NCBI GenBank assembly: GCA_037130335.1
Contig: JBAXTD010000001.1
Location: 25,683-89,682 of the forward strand
Reading direction: 5' to 3'
Source: a bacterium
GTDB lineage: Bacteria; Patescibacteriota; Minisyncoccia; Phycocordibacterales; UBA9973
DNA length: 64,000 nucleotides
Both the position numbers and the translations under genes were made by a program. Positions 59,462 through 64,000 of the stretch are shown here, one piece after another (position 1 is the stretch's first letter; each line of letters opens with the position of its first letter). Below the pieces are notes generated by a model. That model made no database searches and had not been told where the DNA came from. It was given only the letters and a program-made list of their open reading frames with translations.

Positions 59462-59959
59462 ATGAAAAATATTTTTACAACATATAAAAAAGAAAGTGGT
59501 ATGGCAATTATGTTTGCCGTGCTTATGACAAGTGCGCTTTTGTTGGTAGCGCTTGGTATTTCACAAATATCATACAAAGAAATTCTTTTTTCGTTGGAAG
59601 CGAGAGATTCTGATCGCGCATTTATGGCGGCTGATACTGGAATTGAATGTGGAATGTATATGGATAGTATCGGAGCATTTACGAGTACTTCAAGTGACAC
59701 AATATATTGTCATAATATTCCAGTTGATGCGTATCAAAGTGCTACAACAACGTTTCAGTTTTCGTTGGCTTTGAGTCCGACATCATGCGCACAAGTATAT
59801 GTAAACAAAGCTTCCGGTACAGGTACGAGTACACAGATTGATTCGTACGGTTACAATATTGGTCAACAAATTACATCAGATCCTCAATCGTGTGTGGATA
59901 CGTCGACACTTCGACCAAATGTGGTAAGTCGTGCACTTAGAATTACGTATCCAAATTAG
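59462..59959 (+). CDS. Minor pilin (PilX-like, lacks Glu5)
   Basis: SG-MAIMFAVL; AFMAADTGIE. Confidence 0.8.
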   Translation: MKNIFTTYKKESGMAIMFAVLMTSALLLVALGISQISYKEILFSLEARDSDRAFMAADTGIECGMYMDSIGAFTSTSSDTIYCHNIPVDAYQSATTTFQFSLALSPTSCAQVYVNKASGTGTSTQIDSYGYNIGQQITSDPQSCVDTSTLRPNVVSRALRITYPN

Positions 59960-59985
59960 CAGTTTTTGGGTATACTACTTGCTGT

Positions 59986-62010
59986 ATGACAAAAAAGGAA
60001 GCAGAAATCCGTTTGGAAAAACTCAAAAAAACTATTGAGAAATATCGATATAGTTATCATGTAGAGGATATCTCGCTTATTCCTGATGAAGCACTTGATT
60101 CACTCAAAAAAGAACTTGTGGATATTGAAACAGAATTTCCTGAACTTATAACACCTGATTCTCCCAGTCAGCGCGTGGCAGGAATTGCGCGTGATGGATT
60201 CAAAAAAGTTAAACATGAAATTCCTCAGTGGTCATCAAATGATGCTTTTTCAGAAGATGATGCGCGGGACTTTGATGCACGTGTGCGACGATTTTATACA
60301 TCGCAAACTGATCATGATATCGTGCCGGAATATGTATGTGAACACAAAATTGATGGCATGCATATTGTGCTTACATACGAAAAGGGAATACTCAAAACTG
60401 CAGCAACACGAGGTGATGGAATGTTTGGTGAAGATGTAACTGCAAATATAAAAATGATTGAATCAGTTCCTTTGAAATTAAATCAACCGATTTCATGCAT
60501 TGTGGAGGGTGAAATTTACATGACGAAATCGCAGTTTGCAAAGATTAATGAATTACAAAAAAAGAATGGGCTTGAAGTTTTTGCAAATCCACGCAATATT
60601 GTCGCAGGAACAATTCGTCAACTCGACTCGTCGATTGTAGCTGAAAGAAAACTATCAACATTTATTTATGACATCTCTCGTATTGATGGAGAGTTTCCAT
60701 TATCACAAGAAAAAGAACTCAAACTTTTGGCATCACTTGGATTTCGTGTAAATAAAGATTATTCCGTAGCAAAAAATATCGGTGAAGCAATTGAGTTTTG
60801 GAAATTGTGGCGTGACAAAAAAGATTCCGAAGATTATTTTTTTGATGGCATCATGCTCAAAGTAAATGACAGAAAAATTCAAGAAACTTTGGGATATACA
60901 GGTAAAGCCCCACGGTTTGTGGTCGCGCTTAAATTTCCTGCAGAGCAAGTAACGACTGTAGTAGAAGATATTGTAATGCAAGTAGGCCGTACGGGAGTTG
61001 TGACACCAGTTGCGCATCTTAAGCCTGTGTTTGTATATGGCTCTACGGTGTCACGTGCGACACTTCACAACGAAGACGAAATAAAAAGATTGGATTTACG
61101 AATTGGCGACACGGTGATTTTGCAAAAGGCTGGAGATGTTATCCCCGATATTGTGAAAGTGTTGACCGAGATGCGTACAGGCAAAGAAAAAGTTTTTCAT
61201 ATGCCGACAACATGTCCTGAGTGCGATACAAAATTGGTAAAAAAAGAAGTTGGTACAAAAACTGGAGAAGAGAGTGCTGCATTTTATTGTTCAAATGCGC
61301 GCTGTCCTGCAAAAGATCGACGCACGTTGTATTATTTCACAAGCAAAGCGGCACTCGATATTGAACACTTGGGTCCCAAAAATTTGGATGCCTTACTTGA
61401 TGCGGGACTTATATCATCTCGTGCAGATATTTTTACATTAAAAAAGGGGGACTTGCTCGAGCTTCCACGCTTTGGAGAAAAATCTGCAGATAATTTACTT
61501 GAATCAATTGAGAAAAAAAGACACATTGGACTTGATCGATTTATTGTATGTCTTTCGATACCTGAAGTAGGCGAGGAGACGGCGCGCGATTTGGCTGCGC
61601 ATTTTGGAAATTTTGAGAATTTCCAAAATGCGCAGCAACAAGCTCTCGAATCAATCGACGGCGTTGGTCCACGCGTATCACGCTCAATTATTAATTGGTT
61701 TGCCGATAAGCATAATCAAAAAGTTGTAAAAGATTTATTGGATCAAATCAAAGTCGAGAGTGTTCAAAAGAAAAAAGTAAATCAAAAATTTTCTGGAAAA
61801 ATTTTTGTACTCACGGGTACAATGCCAAATCTCTCGCGCGACGAAGCCAAACAACAAATATTAAATCTCGGTGGCAAAGTTGCATCGTCAGTTTCCAAAA
61901 ATACCGATTACGTAATCGCAGGGGAGAATCCCGGTTCCAAATTCGACGACGCACAAAAATTGGAAATCAAAATCATGGACGAGAAAGAATTTTTGGAATT
62001 GGTGAAATAA
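59986..62010 (+). CDS. ligA: NAD-dependent DNA ligase
   Basis: KIDG, NPRN, Cys4 zinc finger, HhH and BRCT domains. Confidence 0.99.
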   Translation: MTKKEAEIRLEKLKKTIEKYRYSYHVEDISLIPDEALDSLKKELVDIETEFPELITPDSPSQRVAGIARDGFKKVKHEIPQWSSNDAFSEDDARDFDARVRRFYTSQTDHDIVPEYVCEHKIDGMHIVLTYEKGILKTAATRGDGMFGEDVTANIKMIESVPLKLNQPISCIVEGEIYMTKSQFAKINELQKKNGLEVFANPRNIVAGTIRQLDSSIVAERKLSTFIYDISRIDGEFPLSQEKELKLLASLGFRVNKDYSVAKNIGEAIEFWKLWRDKKDSEDYFFDGIMLKVNDRKIQETLGYTGKAPRFVVALKFPAEQVTTVVEDIVMQVGRTGVVTPVAHLKPVFVYGSTVSRATLHNEDEIKRLDLRIGDTVILQKAGDVIPDIVKVLTEMRTGKEKVFHMPTTCPECDTKLVKKEVGTKTGEESAAFYCSNARCPAKDRRTLYYFTSKAALDIEHLGPKNLDALLDAGLISSRADIFTLKKGDLLELPRFGEKSADNLLESIEKKRHIGLDRFIVCLSIPEVGEETARDLAAHFGNFENFQNAQQQALESIDGVGPRVSRSIINWFADKHNQKVVKDLLDQIKVESVQKKKVNQKFSGKIFVLTGTMPNLSRDEAKQQILNLGGKVASSVSKNTDYVIAGENPGSKFDDAQKLEIKIMDEKEFLELVK

Positions 62011-62073
62011 TCTTTATCATAAAAATTTTACTTGTCAATTCGTAAAAATAGCAAAAAATGCTATAAATAACCT

Positions 62074-62352
62074 ATGCAATTACAAGACATTAAACATCTC
62101 GCCGTGCTTGCGCGACTCGATATTTCGGACACTGAGGCCGAAGGTCTTTTGGGTGATTTAAAAGAAATCATTGCGTATATTGATCAAGTTACAAGGGTCA
62201 CAGTTTCTGGTACTGAAGTTGATGTTCCAGAGCATCGCAATGTCGCACGTGAAGATACGGTAACAAATCCAGGAGGGCAATATACAGAAATAATTATGGA
62301 AGACGTTCCTGAGAAACAAGATGGATATGTAAAAGTAAACAAAATACTCTAA
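62074..62352 (+). CDS. gatC: Asp/Glu-tRNA amidotransferase subunit C
   Basis: HLAVLARL, RED; abuts gatA. Confidence 0.95.
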   Translation: MQLQDIKHLAVLARLDISDTEAEGLLGDLKEIIAYIDQVTRVTVSGTEVDVPEHRNVAREDTVTNPGGQYTEIIMEDVPEKQDGYVKVNKIL

Positions 62353-63782
62353 TGACTACACACATTGATTTAAAAAATTTAACAATCGAGAAAGCGCATG
62401 AAGCTCTAAAAAGCGGAGAATATTCTGTGCAGGAATTATGTGATGCGTATCTTGCCGTGATTGCCGAAAAGAATCCTGACATCAATGCGTATCTCGAAAT
62501 TTTTGATGATATCAAGGCTCAGGCAGAAGCTGCACAAAAAAGATTTGCAGATGGCACAGCGACAATGCTCACAGGAATTCCGATGGCAATTAAAGATAAT
62601 CTTTTGATAAAAGGAAAAAAGGTGACGGCGGGTTCAAAAATTCTCGAAGGATATATCGCCACATATTCTGGTGCCGCAATAGAAAAAATTCAAAAAGAAA
62701 ATCCAGTTTTTCTCGGACGTACAAATATGGATGAATTTGCTATGGGAAGTTCAACTCAGACTTCTGCGTTTGGTGTGACACGAAATCCACTTGATCGTGA
62801 GCGTGTTCCTGGAGGCTCATCGGGTGGATCGGCTGCGGCAGTATCTATGCTTGGAGCACTTGTGGCACTTGGAAGTGAGACGTGTGGTTCACTTCGCCAG
62901 CCTGCATCGTATAATGGACTTGTAGGATTTAAACCAACATATGGATCTGTATCACGCAGTGGACTTATTGCTATGGGAAATTCTCTAGACCAGATTGGCC
63001 CACTTACAAAAACTGTAGGTGAAGCAGAAATTCTCGCAAAAGCCCTTGAGACATACGATACACTCGATGCGACTACTGTTTCATTTGATAACCGTGTTCC
63101 AAAAGAAAAAAAACAAACCAAAAAAATTGCAGTCCCCAAAGATGTGATGAGTGGAGAGGGTATTGATAAGGAAGTGTATGATGCATTTATTAAATCTCTC
63201 GAAGCATTCAAAAAAATTGGATACGAAGTTGAAGAAGTTGATTTCAAATATATAAAATATTCTCTCGCTGTGTATTACATTGTGATGCCAGCTGAGGTTT
63301 CTACAAACCTCGAAAGACTCGATGGTGTGCGATATGGCCATCAGGTGAAAGCAGACAATCTTTTTGATTTTTATTCAAAAACTCGTGGTACTGGATTTGG
63401 ACGCGAAGCTCGCCGTAGAATTTTGCTTGGAACGTATGTGCTTTCGCATGGATATTATGATGCCTATTATCGCAAAGCAATTATGCTTCGCAATGAAATA
63501 ACAAAAGAACTCGACGCGATGTTTGAGAAATTTGATTTTCTCGTTACACCACCTGCACCAACACTTCCATTTAAACTTGGAGAAAAAATGACTGATCCAG
63601 TCGCAATGTATTTGTCAGATGTGTTTTCTGCACCTGCAAATCTCTCAGGTTGTCCTGCAATTGCGATGCCAACTGGTTTTACAAATACTGGATTGCCTAC
63701 ATCGATTCAGCTTACAGCACCGAGATGGCGTGATAATGAACTCTTTTCCATTGGCAAAGAACTCGAACGCGTATTACAATAG
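62352..63782 (+). CDS. gatA: Asp/Glu-tRNA amidotransferase subunit A
   Basis: KDN, TNMDEFAMGSS, PGGSSGGS, RRRILLGTYVLS. Confidence 0.98.
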   Translation: MTTHIDLKNLTIEKAHEALKSGEYSVQELCDAYLAVIAEKNPDINAYLEIFDDIKAQAEAAQKRFADGTATMLTGIPMAIKDNLLIKGKKVTAGSKILEGYIATYSGAAIEKIQKENPVFLGRTNMDEFAMGSSTQTSAFGVTRNPLDRERVPGGSSGGSAAAVSMLGALVALGSETCGSLRQPASYNGLVGFKPTYGSVSRSGLIAMGNSLDQIGPLTKTVGEAEILAKALETYDTLDATTVSFDNRVPKEKKQTKKIAVPKDVMSGEGIDKEVYDAFIKSLEAFKKIGYEVEEVDFKYIKYSLAVYYIVMPAEVSTNLERLDGVRYGHQVKADNLFDFYSKTRGTGFGREARRRILLGTYVLSHGYYDAYYRKAIMLRNEITKELDAMFEKFDFLVTPPAPTLPFKLGEKMTDPVAMYLSDVFSAPANLSGCPAIAMPTGFTNTGLPTSIQLTAPRWRDNELFSIGKELERVLQ

Positions 63783-63803
63783 AAGAGTGTTCAAACTTCT
63801 ATT

Positions 63804-64000
63804 ATGAATCAAAATCTCTTTCAAACAGTAACAACTCAAAACTCACTTTTTAGTACAATGTTTCTCAACATTGATTATTGGTTTTCACGACCAATCGCTT
63901 TTTGGTACTGGCTTCAAAACAGTAATTTCCAGGTTGGAAGTTTTGTATATATGATTTCATATCTACTTAGTTTTTTTGGAATTACGATTACGATTTATTG
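63804..64000 (+). CDS. Hypothetical membrane protein, truncated by the window end
   Basis: ATG 63804, open to the end, hydrophobic stretch (MNQNLFQ...LLSFFGITITIY). Confidence 0.55.
   Translation, partial: MNQNLFQTVTTQNSLFSTMFLNIDYWFSRPIAFWYWLQNSNFQVGSFVYMISYLLSFFGITITIY

Noticed and set aside
408-63807. Many short antisense and alternate-frame ORFs in the track (e.g. 3657-4166, 3944-4555, 25315-25869, 37483-38013)
   Set aside because: They are shadows of well-conserved genes, with no motifs or independent expression signals.
1-64000. CRISPR array, prophage, IS transposase, reverse transcriptase or rRNA
   Set aside because: No regularly spaced repeats or diagnostic motifs were seen.
1-64000. 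UGA recoding (genetic code 25)
   Set aside because: Conserved genes are full length under the standard bacterial code, with no internal TGA.

Overview
Core chromosomal segment of a low-GC bacterium that is most likely a CPR/Patescibacteria (Parcubacteria-like) organism. The assignment is inferred from the missing rpmD (L30) between rpsE and rplO, the near-absence of Shine-Dalgarno motifs, a stand-alone VirD4/HerA-like ATPase, an HTH-LAGLIDADG gene beside a tRNA, and a compact type IV pilus locus. The window holds fusA, tuf and the S10-spc ribosomal cluster, which is broken three times by self-contained inserted genes. It continues with secY-adk-pyrH-map, ndk, a probable 6S RNA, a beta-CASP nuclease, infC-rpmI-rplT, smpB-tmRNA, ftsH, tRNA-Ile(UAU), recG, a sensorless two-component pair, tRNA-Ser(GCU) with a small islet, a full pil cluster, ligA and gatCA. 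The most notable unannotated signals are: (1) a complete Val/Ile-type leader-peptide attenuator (9358-9525) in front of an uncharacterised 449-aa protein with loose HIGH/KMSKS-like motifs and a 36-aa peptide; (2) a highly structured element attached to the tmRNA 3' end carrying both an inverted and a direct copy of that end; (3) a degenerate 58-bp tRNA-Ser 3'-end repeat flanking a two-gene islet with no integrase; (4) a tRNA-Ile with a UAU anticodon; (5) pervasive leaderless gene starts. All calls were made by eye from sequence and motif knowledge; no database searches were run.
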